Below the pieces are notes generated by a model. That model did no database searches. It was not told the DNA's origin and saw only the letters and a program-made list of their open reading frames with translations. A program made the translations under genes and the position numbers. A stretch of DNA of 64,000 bases, from contig VRVR01000057.1 in assembly GCA_009859145.1 (NCBI GenBank), positions 1 to 64,000 of the forward strand, read 5' to 3'. The DNA comes from Andalucia godoyi And28. Taxonomy: Eukaryota > Protista > Jakobida. Positions 50,969 to 60,894 of this stretch are shown here, piece after piece. Every line of letters begins with the position of its first letter. Within the stretch, counting starts at the first letter, position 1.

Positions 50969-53326
50969 CTAAATTCCTAGGCCGCCCTGCGCAAAGATCG
51001 GGTGGGCTCGATCCTCGAGAAGCTGCTGTGCAGTCCATCCATCTCCGATTACACGCAGCACCATGCGGGAGGCATCAATAACACACCTTCCGCAGTTGCA
51101 GTGAAATCCCCACGATCGACTCAGACGGATCTGCCGATCTGCAAAGTAAGGACCATTCCTCAAATCACCTCTGGCTTTGATATTCAGGTAATTCAGGGTC
51201 AACTCTTCTCCTGCCTTCAGGGCGGTCCTTGCGCAAATCATTTCCCGTTTTCGTGAGTCCAAACAGGATGTCTTGTATACTGTTGGCACGCAGGAGTGAT
51301 TAATGCTGCTGATGACATTGGAAACCCGCACCGAACAGCCATCCGCGAAAGCGTTCAAGCGCACGGCTGCCCGAAGAAACGTCAAGCTGAATATCACTTC
51401 ATCGCTCCTGTCTCTCGGATCCGAGGGGAAATCATTCCCTGCAGCCAAACATCGTACGGCCTCACGAGTGTGGCGACAAATGAACATCTTCCTTCGTAGC
51501 ACGTGCAGCGTTTCGTCAATCCCTGTTGGCAGAACTGTAATGTTTTCTTTGATTCGGTCAAAAAACTGCTTGCATGCGTCTCCCATGACGATCTCAACGA
51601 TGCCCTTCTGAGATGCGCGTGATGAACCATCTGAAATCAATGACATCACAAGCGGAGAAAGTTTTGCTGCAAGGTTCTCCAGGTCTGCAGAAGCACAACA
51701 ACCTGTCTGGGTGTCTTGTGAAAGCAGGTCTCGGAGTTGCCCTAGTGTATCTGTCTTACTCTTCGATTCTCCAACAGAGACTGCTGCACACCTTGCGAGG
51801 AGGTTACGCACTGCCATAGACACAACCTCCTGTGCCCAGGTGTGCATTTGCTTCGCAGCTGCAAACCGCTTAACATTCCCAACGTTGCATAGCCCGTTAA
51901 TGTACGTTCCCACACTCTGCGTCATCGCAACTGCATCGCCGTTGCTTGTCTCTGGAATTGCAAATTCCACGATATCGTTGTCGGAAAGCAAAATCTCGCC
52001 TTCTGAAATGGTTGATGTGGCCACTAGAGCTCGCCCTTTTCCTGGCATGAATTTTGCTTCGAACAGTTGCGAAACAGGAGTCATGGTCGAGTGTTCGTAA
52101 TTAGCAAGCAACGCACGCTGTTTATCGGACAGCGTTTTGGATGTTTTAGCGAGGTCCACCTCCAGCATCTCTTTCCAGTTCCACAATGTGTGCAGCAATT
52201 GAATGGGGTCTGCGGTCTCGGACTCGCTGGAACAAAGAGCTTTCCAAGCGGAATTCAGGTTTGATCGAAAGGGATACTGCAGAGCCAAGTCTTCCAGAGA
52301 AATCCCGCGAAGTACCCCTTCCAGGTACTCGCCTGCAGACAGGATTCGCCTGTTGTTTGCCACTTTCAAGATATCCACGGCAGCAGCGACTCTTCCCACA
52401 CCATCCAGCGCCACGATGAGCCGCCGAACCGTCTTTGAAGCGAGTCTGCATACAGTGGCGTTTTGAGTTTCCGTTTTTTCGGCTACACGACGCACCGTAT
52501 CGAGAGCATTCTGGCAGTCCTCCAGAGCACTGTGATAGCAAGCCATGTTAATGTGAGCTTGAGCACGATTGGAGTACACTGCTACCAGATTCTGAAGATC
52601 GCAGTCCGCCTGCAAGGTCCTGTTCTCCTCCAGCTTTCGAATGCATCGCGTGTACAACATGATCGCAGTGAAGTTGTCCTTTCTTTCAAAGACGGCGTTG
52701 GCCTCTGCCTTCAGAACCGCAACAGTGTCTTCTGCACAGCCGCGAGTGTTGAGATGGGTACCGTCGTGCCAGGGTTTCTGCAGCAGTGGCTTGATCCGTT
52801 CATCAAATGCATACGGCAGCTCGAGATCTTGTCGTGCTTCCATTATTATGATGGGAATCTGGCTTTCAAACAAGCGTACTTGCGGTTCTCGGATGATCAT
52901 TGCGGTGCGGATGTCTCTGTTTGTGATTGCGTCCAGCACAACCTGTGCATCGTCTGTTGCATGATAGAATGCAATTGCGGGAATGAGCAAGAATGCTGCA
53001 TTTCCATGCTCGTCTTCCACTGGAATTAAGGCAAATGAAGGACATCGTATTGCGAACAAATCGAGTCTCCGCACAACCACATAGCATCCTTTTGTGGAGT
53101 TGGAACTGGATCTGCAGACTGTCAGCGGGCTACTCTGGAGCGCGGGCTGCTGGGTTGCAGGGTCAAAACTGTTCTCAAAATGCGCAAGTGGCAAACAGCA
53201 ACCACTCGTGACGTGTTGGCGTGGTGCCAGCAGGGCATCCAGGCGGTAGTCTGGATGTGCACCCATCTTTTTGATGAATGTTTCCAGCAACAACGACACA
53301 ACTAATAACTCTTTCTTCGAAAACAT
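50969..53326 (-). CDS. TPR + SET (SMYD-like) protein
   Basis: TPR (LKAEANAVF...VYSNRAQAHINM..ALEDC), PGKGRALVAT...GEILL, SINHSCVP, GEELTLNYL, WGFHCNCGRC. Confidence 0.85.
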   Translation of the reverse strand: MFSKKELLVVSLLLETFIKKMGAHPDYRLDALLAPRQHVTSGCCLPLAHFENSFDPATQQPALQSSPLTVCRSSSNSTKGCYVVVRRLDLFAIRCPSFALIPVEDEHGNAAFLLIPAIAFYHATDDAQVVLDAITNRDIRTAMIIREPQVRLFESQIPIIIMEARQDLELPYAFDERIKPLLQKPWHDGTHLNTRGCAEDTVAVLKAEANAVFERKDNFTAIMLYTRCIRKLEENRTLQADCDLQNLVAVYSNRAQAHINMACYHSALEDCQNALDTVRRVAEKTETQNATVCRLASKTVRRLIVALDGVGRVAAAVDILKVANNRRILSAGEYLEGVLRGISLEDLALQYPFRSNLNSAWKALCSSESETADPIQLLHTLWNWKEMLEVDLAKTSKTLSDKQRALLANYEHSTMTPVSQLFEAKFMPGKGRALVATSTISEGEILLSDNDIVEFAIPETSNGDAVAMTQSVGTYINGLCNVGNVKRFAAAKQMHTWAQEVVSMAVRNLLARCAAVSVGESKSKTDTLGQLRDLLSQDTQTGCCASADLENLAAKLSPLVMSLISDGSSRASQKGIVEIVMGDACKQFFDRIKENITVLPTGIDETLHVLRRKMFICRHTREAVRCLAAGNDFPSDPRDRSDEVIFSLTFLRAAVRLNAFADGCSVRVSNVISSINHSCVPTVYKTSCLDSRKREMICARTALKAGEELTLNYLNIKARGDLRNGPYFADRQIRLSRSWGFHCNCGRCVIDASRMVLRVIGDGWTAQQLLEDRAHPIFAQGGLGI

Positions 53327-53791
53327 TGCTGGTATTCCTAAAGCCTTCTTTTTTTCTTTTCTTTTCTTTTGTTTTCTTTTGTTTTCTTTTGTTTTTTAAA
53401 ATTAACAGAACATTCTTAAAAGTTATAAATATTAAAAAAATGTAAGAAAGAAAGAAAGAAAACAAGAAGAGCAAATAGAAAAAAAGCGTGAGAAATACTC
53501 GGAGAGAGGCAAAAGGTAGCACAGCCTTGACTGTTCGGAGACACGACTCTGGAAATACGTGCGCACATACATGTAAATTTTTTCCCGGGAAAAACCACGC
53601 GTCGTTACAGTAGATAAACGGATTTTGAACTCTTCCGGGCTGTCCAAGAGTGCGAGAGTGCGAGAACCCCTCCACATGCAGGCCACAACACTTTCTTATT
53701 TATTTGTTGACAGACAGAAGACAGTAGACGGTATCGCTTTAAAACAGACTCCGGTCGACTAGCTTCCCAACGGGGGAGCAGCATGCATGAT

Positions 53792-55384
53792 TCAGTGTTC
53801 ACAAAAGTTGAAATTATGAGCAAGCTCCGAGTTGAGGTTTGCCTTTGCGGCCTTCCTCTCCTGCATCATAGCAAGCCGCACCTTGCAAGCGGCCTCATAG
53901 TCGAGGACGTGCTGCGGGAGCCTGTCGACGTCGAGCGTTGAGACTGTTCTGTTCTCGGGATCCACCAGGAAAAACACGACAAGTCGCCTCGTGAATTGCG
54001 GCCGTTCTCCGCCCGGTACCGTACTCGCAGCCCAGCCGGCGCGGATCGGCTCGAGCTTGTGCTGATGGCTGTTTGGAAATGCAATCAGTTCGCCGCTTCC
54101 CGGAGTGACAGATCCCAAGGGCACAAGCCCAGCGGCCATTGCCGGAGAAGAGTGTGCAAAATTCTGCGGCGTCGAAAACATTGTGTTTCCATACTCGGCC
54201 GGGCGGAACGACCGTCGGAACAGCAGACTTCCTCCCTTGAGTTGCGTGTCGATCTTGAGATACGCAATGCCAGTTGCGACAATGTGCTCGTGGGAAAGGC
54301 CCTCGACGTGCCAGACACCCTCGTGAGTCTCTGCGCTTGATAAAACGACATCCGCGATCTTTGGAATGACCTGCAGAATGCGACCCTTCAGGTTCACAGG
54401 CGTCACATGGATCTCCGCAATGTCCGAGTCGTCGACGTCGTCTGCATCCTTGTAGAGCGGCCAGTTCATAGCCTTTGTATACCCGAGGACGTTTTCCCAC
54501 ATCGGAATGAACTTTTTCAGAAGGCTTTCAAACATCATGGACACATCTGCATCGCCGCCGGTCTGTGTGTCGACTCCGTTGATCGGGGCCACAAACTTCA
54601 CATTGTACGACTCGTCGACGGAGATCTCCGTTGGCATCCACTGGTACCTCGATCCGCGCCAGATTCTGGCAAAGTCGTCGTTGGTCAACGGAGCGCTGTG
54701 CATCGAGTTGTCGTTCGGAAGGCTTATGGATCGCGGATGGTATCCCCATCGCTGCGAGTGCTGGATGTCTGGAATGAACCCCGAGCTGAGGCGCATTTGC
54801 TCTGCAAACGTCTCGCGCTCGGCATCCGTATTGGCAGCTCCAATGTAAGGAAACATACTCGGATGGAGAATATCGCGGACCTTGTTCTCGGAACCAGGAT
54901 GATAGTCAATCTGAGCCTGTGCATCGCGGAATCGATCGACGGCACGGTTCATTTCCCGAAGTTCCGAGTCCGGGAACGCAGACGGCACTCGAGCCACCCC
55001 TTCCGGAAGCCCGTTCGACGAGCCCTTCAAGAGCACCTCGAACACACCGTCTTCCCAGCCTTTGTACAGAGCCTTCAAAACAGGATTGTCCGAGCTAAAT
55101 GTCTCCGATTCATACTCGCCAAACTCGCACAGATCGTCGAAATATTCATCGGAAATCAGCTCTTCGCAAATCTCCAGGTACGACGACGGAATCGATGGCC
55201 TGATGCTCGAAAATGCAGACCGCACCCGCTCTGCATCGCCGTCGTGCGCTCGAACAAGATCAAGCACTGGCTTCAACACTCGATACACATACGCCGGTCC
55301 ATCGAGGATTATGTCGAAAAAAGCAGACTGTTTAATCACGGATCCGAAATTCGCGTCCAGATGAAGACCGTCCAAGCGAACCAT
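53792..55384 (-). CDS. DUF4246-family protein (putative Fe/2OG-dioxygenase-like fold)
   Basis: DYHPGSENKVRDILHPS, SRYQWMP, LQVIPKIA, HEGVWHVEG..EHIVATG, GELIAFPN..QHK, LVVFFLVDP. Confidence 0.8.
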   Translation of the reverse strand: MVRLDGLHLDANFGSVIKQSAFFDIILDGPAYVYRVLKPVLDLVRAHDGDAERVRSAFSSIRPSIPSSYLEICEELISDEYFDDLCEFGEYESETFSSDNPVLKALYKGWEDGVFEVLLKGSSNGLPEGVARVPSAFPDSELREMNRAVDRFRDAQAQIDYHPGSENKVRDILHPSMFPYIGAANTDAERETFAEQMRLSSGFIPDIQHSQRWGYHPRSISLPNDNSMHSAPLTNDDFARIWRGSRYQWMPTEISVDESYNVKFVAPINGVDTQTGGDADVSMMFESLLKKFIPMWENVLGYTKAMNWPLYKDADDVDDSDIAEIHVTPVNLKGRILQVIPKIADVVLSSAETHEGVWHVEGLSHEHIVATGIAYLKIDTQLKGGSLLFRRSFRPAEYGNTMFSTPQNFAHSSPAMAAGLVPLGSVTPGSGELIAFPNSHQHKLEPIRAGWAASTVPGGERPQFTRRLVVFFLVDPENRTVSTLDVDRLPQHVLDYEAACKVRLAMMQERKAAKANLNSELAHNFNFCEH

Positions 55385-55386
55385 TC

Positions 55387-55500
55387 TCAATCCGTCAATC
55401 CGTCAATCTGTCAATCCGTCAATCCAGCGAATCAGTCAGCGAATCAGTCAGCGAATCAGTCAGCCAATCAAGCCAGTCAAGCCAGTCAAACCAGTCACCC
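55387..55500. repeat. Composite 8-12-bp tandem repeats (tcaatccg / cagcgaatcagt / caagccagt) upstream of the DUF4246 gene
   Basis: Directly visible. Confidence 0.8.
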
Positions 55501-55699
55501 TAGTCAGAGGCGTCGTCAACAGCAACTCGTAGAGAGACGACGACAACAATGAATCGACGCGCGTGCCACAAGTGAATTGATGCTAAGTCAATCGCCCTCT
55601 CTTCACAGATGTTGTTTTGTTTTGTTAATCTTGATACATGCATGCATCAACTGTGCTTCTTCTGCATGTCACGCATCGCTCCTATGCCTTGCCAGCACC

Positions 55700-57300
55700 G
55701 GATCGCCACCACCCGCGACGCTACGACGGTGGAAAGCGTCCGAACCGGATCTCACTGCATGTGCAACAACATCGAGGACATCAAAAAAACCGGCATCCGG
55801 AAACCTGGTGCTGAACCATGGACAGCGCGCGCACACTGCAGCACTGTCCTCTGCGAACGGGGGGCTCCAGGACCGGAACGCGAACATCCAACTTTTCGAC
55901 CATCAAGGCAGACGTTCGGCGGCAGAGACGCTTGTCGTGGACACTGCTCTTGCAAAGGGGTTGAGAAAACCTGGGATCGTCTGCTGGCGTTGCTGCACAG
56001 GGAATGGAACTACTCGGTCCACGAAACTGGTTATTACCTTGCAAACTGTGGACGGATCAAGATTGTCTATGGATCTTTCCACGTGTTTTTTTGTGTTTTT
56101 TTTTTCTTTTTTCGCCGTCGAACAAAACCGCAAACAAATCTGCAGTTCAGGAGCGCGAGTGTAAGTAGGCCGAATGTGCTGGCTGTTAGGAAAGGGCACA
56201 ATTACTCTCTTTGCTGCCGAGGACACTTTGTAGGGACGCAGTTTCCGTGGGGGGCAACTGGGCTTGCACACAAATGTTTTCGTTCGCTTCCTGTGGAATT
56301 GAAGAGACGACAATGTCCATCAACATGAATCCTGGTCCGCAAAGCTCCCAGTACAGAGCGTCTCGGCAGGCAGGAAGAACCTTTATTGACACATATAACA
56401 AGATCTATGTGACCCCTGTCCTGCTCGAACGACGGGGAGCCCTGGCGTGTTCCGACCAAGTTGGATCGGACAAAGGACACTTTTTGATTTCGAGGAGAAT
56501 TCCAGTGTTTTTAACCAGGAAATGGAAAACGCATTGCCAGGAACAAGGCTTTTGGCTGTGACTTCCATTATGGAGTACGAGTCAGAAGCAACCGGCGCAA
56601 AGGACGTTGTCACAGCAAAGGACAGCAGAGCAGGATTTTGGATTGCAGCCACTGGGTTTGTCGTGACGACCACCTGGTGTCGTCCACGGTCTCCAATCTG
56701 TGCGGAAATGCGCGTCGACATCCAAGAACATCCTCGTTGTCTCAGCTTCAGGACTTCCCACACTCACGTTCTTTGTCACCTCCACAGGCTCCGAACAGAC
56801 GACTGCGTCCGACACAACCGAAAATTCTCGCTCACTTCCCAGCTGAATTCCTCTCGCCTGGTGCTTCGAGTAAGTTCCCCGCGGCAATCCGTCATGTGGT
56901 TGCAAATCTGGTCTTCCAAAGGTCTTTGTCGGCAGCATCTCGAAGGCTCTGGGGATCGCACCAACGTCGGCACTGCTACCTGGAGACAGCAGGTCATTCG
57001 TGGTCAGTGGGAGAATCTCCGGAGGAACATGGATACCGCCGTGCCTTTACACCGCGATTTTGACCTCCGTGAATTCCCAGGAGCAGTCGCTTGACAAGAG
57101 CAATGTTCTGTGCACGTAGCAGTGCGGAAACGGTACACTCTCGGTAGTGCAGGCAACTGCGTTCCCTGTCTTGCAGGATTCTATCCGAGAAGCTCCGTGC
57201 GTGTGCCTTGTCTGGCGGGTACGTTCTCTGCTGCTGCGGCTACCTCTCCCAGAACTGCTCCGCAGGTACATTTGCTGCACAAAGTAGGTAGACGTCGTGC
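55700..57300 (+). pseudogene. Possible decayed Cys-rich (CxPCxAG-repeat) surface-protein gene
   Basis: Fragments CDPCPAR, GNCVPCLAGFY, VPCLAGTFSAAAATS scattered over different frames; no intact ORF. Confidence 0.3.
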
Positions 57301-57873
57301 CGTCGTTGTTCACCGAGCACGTACTCTCTGGGCGCTCGTCAAACCGCATGCGGCGCTTGCGCTCCCGGAACCCTCAACAACCAGCTTGGTGCTGTCAACT
57401 GCTCGGGCTGTCCTCCGCAGGTATTTTCCTCCACAACCGGAAGCACATGCTGTGCTGTTTGCCTGCTGCGACCTCGAATTCAACTGGGGCCTTCGAGTGC
57501 CCCTGGCGTCGAAGTTTCCGCAGCTTTTGATCGTGGTCTTTCCATCACAATCTGCATGATCCTACGGGCTCTGAGTATTGTCTAATCAATCGTACTCTGC
57601 GCGCAGTTTCACCAAACAGCAAAAGAACTCTGAAGCAAGGCTTCGAGGACTTAAAGGCCGATATGAAAGACCGGCGGATAATGTATGCAACGAATGTCCG
57701 TCTCTACCCGTTTGTCGCTGATTGCGGTTTTTGTTTTTGTTTTTGTTTTTGTTTTTCCTTCCTCTAATCAATCTCATTTGTACATTGTAAATAAGTAAAA
57801 TGGGGAGGGGAAAAAAGAGAGAAAGAGCGAAGTACAAGTATCAGAAAGAATACAAGAGGATCATGCAAGTCCT

Positions 57874-60258
57874 CTACACTGCGCTGCCCTGATCTTTTTC
57901 TCGAGTAAAGAGCTTGGAGGAAGACTGTCGAAGAGGTGGTGGCGGCAGGATGTCATCGTCAGGGAAGCGGGGTGCAACGATGCGAGTGACCATTCGACCC
58001 TTTCCTTTCACTTGCACTTCGGCAGGAGGCAGCCACCGGTAGTGATCTCGGTCGTTCCTGATGTCTGCCGGCAAGCACTGATACAGGTCTTCGGTTATCT
58101 GCAAGCATCCTGGCTTTCCATGGGATTCCATTCTTGACGCCGAGTTCACAGTGTCGCCCCAGATGTCCCAAACCTTCTTTGACGTTCCCAGCACACCAGC
58201 AACGACAGGGCCGATAGCCGCACCCGCACGAATCCGCAGTCGGACTCCAGGAGGCAGCCAAGCCGGAGGGCAGAACGTTGCCCAGTCATGAAGCATTGTC
58301 AGAATCTCCATGGTCGCAAGAAACACCGCCTCAGCTTGCTCCTCCGGCGGCTTTAGCTCCGGTACTCCGGACACGGCAAAGTACGCATCTCCAATGGTCT
58401 TGATCTTTTCGACCCCATACTTTGCCGCAATTCGATCGAACGTGGAAACAAGCCCATTCAGCAAACTCACCAACACACGAGGCTCCAAAATAGCGGACAT
58501 CTCGGTGAACTGGACAATGTCCGTGAACAGGACGGTCGCATGTCTGTACTCGTCTGCAATAAAGGCCTCTCCTCTCATCATGCGCTTCGCAATGGGCAGG
58601 GGGATGACATTGGCAAGCAGCATGTCTTGCTTGCGAGACATGACAAGAACGCGGCGCATCTGATTAAACGAGACACTCAGCATGCCAACCTCATCCTGGG
58701 TTCTGAAACGTCGGCAGCACTTCTTGTTGGAAGAACCGATCGCAATCGGCTTTTCAAGATCCTCGCCAGATCGAATTCGCAAAACATCTTCATTCAGTTG
58801 TTTGATAGGCCGAACGACAAGAAAATCGATTCCAAAAAAGGCCAAAAAGGAAATTACCAAAATGGACCCACCTATCGACGCTGAGAGAATGATGAGTGTC
58901 TGCACTCCAATATCATACGACGATCGTTCGTTGTCAATCGCAAACACAATCTTACTGGTTCCGTCAAACGTGGATACCTCCGTGGTCGTAAGAACACGAG
59001 CAGAACTAGCAGAGACGTCCTGTTGGGAGGTCGAGTGGCATTGTCGAACATTTCCCGGAACCGACGCACCATCAATATGGACGATCGAATACACGTCTGG
59101 AAACACATGATTCCAGAGCTTTTTTCCTGCAATAGGCTGAACGACAGAAGCTGGATCTAATGACGATGCAGCGCTTCGGAGCCAGCTCGGAGCATCTGAC
59201 GCCGGAATGGTTGGGTACAGACTCACGCATCGAGTCATCAACGTCGCAAACTGCTTCAGATTGGACGGCAATATGCGCGAGGCATACACGAGAAGCCCTG
59301 CAGGAGGCCCTGATCCGTCTGTTTTGAGCATCACGGTGGCCATTACAAACCAGATCGAGTCGGAACTGACAAAGAATCCACCAGTGGCAGTCTGTGTCTC
59401 ATTGGACTGCTGGAGCATGAGCTGCACTGTCGATGTGGGCAGAATCGAGGGCGTCATCGCACTTTGGGTGGTCCGCGCAATGTCCAGTCCGGAAGAGCCA
59501 TACATGACATAATCGAGTCCGTACGATGCTGTGAAATCAATGCCGCCATTCAGCATAAAACTCAAGCCGTACGTACCCGAAAAGAAGCTGCTGGCAGCGG
59601 CCGGATCCGACGGCCAGTCATTCAGGATCGCATTGTACGGATCGTCCCATACCGAATTTGTGAGTAAACCCTGGTACAATGAAAAGTAGTTGGTGGAGAG
59701 GATGTCTGCCATTCTCTGTGAATCCAGCTTGGAGTCGGACTTCTCCACGCTGATGAACGCCGGAAGTGTCACAAAGTACATTACGCATAGCACCAGCGTC
59801 AGCAGGACTCCGCATGCAAACAACAAGAAGATCAGCGACTTCAGACGCAACGTCCATCGGAACCGACACTTTAAGAATTTCATGCATTTTGAGTCTTGCT
59901 TCGCAGTACTGTCGTCCGAGTACGAGTCCGTTACCACAGAACCTGCTCCTGCGGACCGCGGACTGAACCCTCCTTCAGAATTCGAGATGCTCGCAGTCGA
60001 AAGATGCGCACTCTTTGTGGACCCCGGTGTGTTCGCGGAGTACTTCGAGTACGGTGACGTCGGAAGGAGATCGGCAGTCGAATTGCGAGAATTTGGAGAT
60101 GTAGAGCCTCTATGGCTCAATGCTGCATCTGGAGAGAGAAACTGATCTGCGGGTATGGGAATTGGGAGGGGAACATCGGGACTCTGATGATCCTGCGCAT
60201 ATGCCGAGGAAGGATGGGTGGTATCCCCTGCGGTCCCCGACGAGTCGGACACGGACAT
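57874..60258 (-). CDS. Receptor-type class III adenylate cyclase: TM-CHASE4-TM-HAMP-cyclase
   Basis: TM1, CHASE4-like NSVWDDPY, TM2, HAMP (VVRPIKQL..DEVGMLSVSFNQM), VLFTDIVQFT, KIKTIGDAY (ATP-specifying K), WDIWGDTVNSASRMES. Confidence 0.9.
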   Translation of the reverse strand: MSVSDSSGTAGDTTHPSSAYAQDHQSPDVPLPIPIPADQFLSPDAALSHRGSTSPNSRNSTADLLPTSPYSKYSANTPGSTKSAHLSTASISNSEGGFSPRSAGAGSVVTDSYSDDSTAKQDSKCMKFLKCRFRWTLRLKSLIFLLFACGVLLTLVLCVMYFVTLPAFISVEKSDSKLDSQRMADILSTNYFSLYQGLLTNSVWDDPYNAILNDWPSDPAAASSFFSGTYGLSFMLNGGIDFTASYGLDYVMYGSSGLDIARTTQSAMTPSILPTSTVQLMLQQSNETQTATGGFFVSSDSIWFVMATVMLKTDGSGPPAGLLVYASRILPSNLKQFATLMTRCVSLYPTIPASDAPSWLRSAASSLDPASVVQPIAGKKLWNHVFPDVYSIVHIDGASVPGNVRQCHSTSQQDVSASSARVLTTTEVSTFDGTSKIVFAIDNERSSYDIGVQTLIILSASIGGSILVISFLAFFGIDFLVVRPIKQLNEDVLRIRSGEDLEKPIAIGSSNKKCCRRFRTQDEVGMLSVSFNQMRRVLVMSRKQDMLLANVIPLPIAKRMMRGEAFIADEYRHATVLFTDIVQFTEMSAILEPRVLVSLLNGLVSTFDRIAAKYGVEKIKTIGDAYFAVSGVPELKPPEEQAEAVFLATMEILTMLHDWATFCPPAWLPPGVRLRIRAGAAIGPVVAGVLGTSKKVWDIWGDTVNSASRMESHGKPGCLQITEDLYQCLPADIRNDRDHYRWLPPAEVQVKGKGRMVTRIVAPRFPDDDILPPPPLRQSSSKLFTREKDQGSAV

Positions 60259-60894
60259 CTTCTAATGTGTGTACACCCGCACGCACGCACAATGACCCGC
60301 AAAACGTGCAGAATGGACAAAAGCAGGTTCGAGAAATGTTATAATTGTTGTTCTGCACAGCCTGGCGAATGCTCCACGAGACGAGGTTTTGTCAGAGAAC
60401 AAACGGCTAAACTGAAAAGAGCATCGGGAAACGGGCACGTAGGCGACGAAGCTTAACGGAAGTGGTTGATGTTTGGAGAATTCGTGACGGGCCCGTTCAG
60501 CTGGCAGTTGACGGGAAAAGCTCGTATACGAGACAGTCTGCCGACACCCGTTGCTACAAAAGGCGTGTTTCGCCGAGACACCAAGAGGTTGGAGGGCTAC
60601 TTTTGGACTTTAATGCAAGCAGAGCGGATTCGACTCGCGGCAGAAATGATGGAGGCACAAGCAGACACATCGAAGCAGAAAGATGCCGGACTCACGATGC
60701 TGAGACGAGTCCATTACTACCGCAGACGAACCCCCCTCCTCCCGAGCCAAAAAAAAAAAAAAAAAGAACACGTCACCAAGTGTGGGTGGACAGGAGGGGG
60801 GGAGCGGGTCTTGGTAAGGGACGTCTATATCCTGCTGTCTTTTATAGTCTCTATTTCAACAATCAGAAAAGGTGCTGCAAAATAAACGGACGCT

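Noticed and set aside
47313-53326. Two SET-domain genes close together as a chromatin cluster
   Set aside because: Different subfamilies (SETD2-like vs SMYD-like), separated by unrelated genes; likely chance.
55387-55500. CRISPR-like array
   Set aside because: Short head-to-tail tandem units with no spacers and no cas genes.
60462-60885. QLAVDGKS peptide as an ISAs1-type DDE remnant
   Set aside because: Single short match with no further DDE motifs; lies between the 5' flank of the cyclase and the 3' end of the ABCG.
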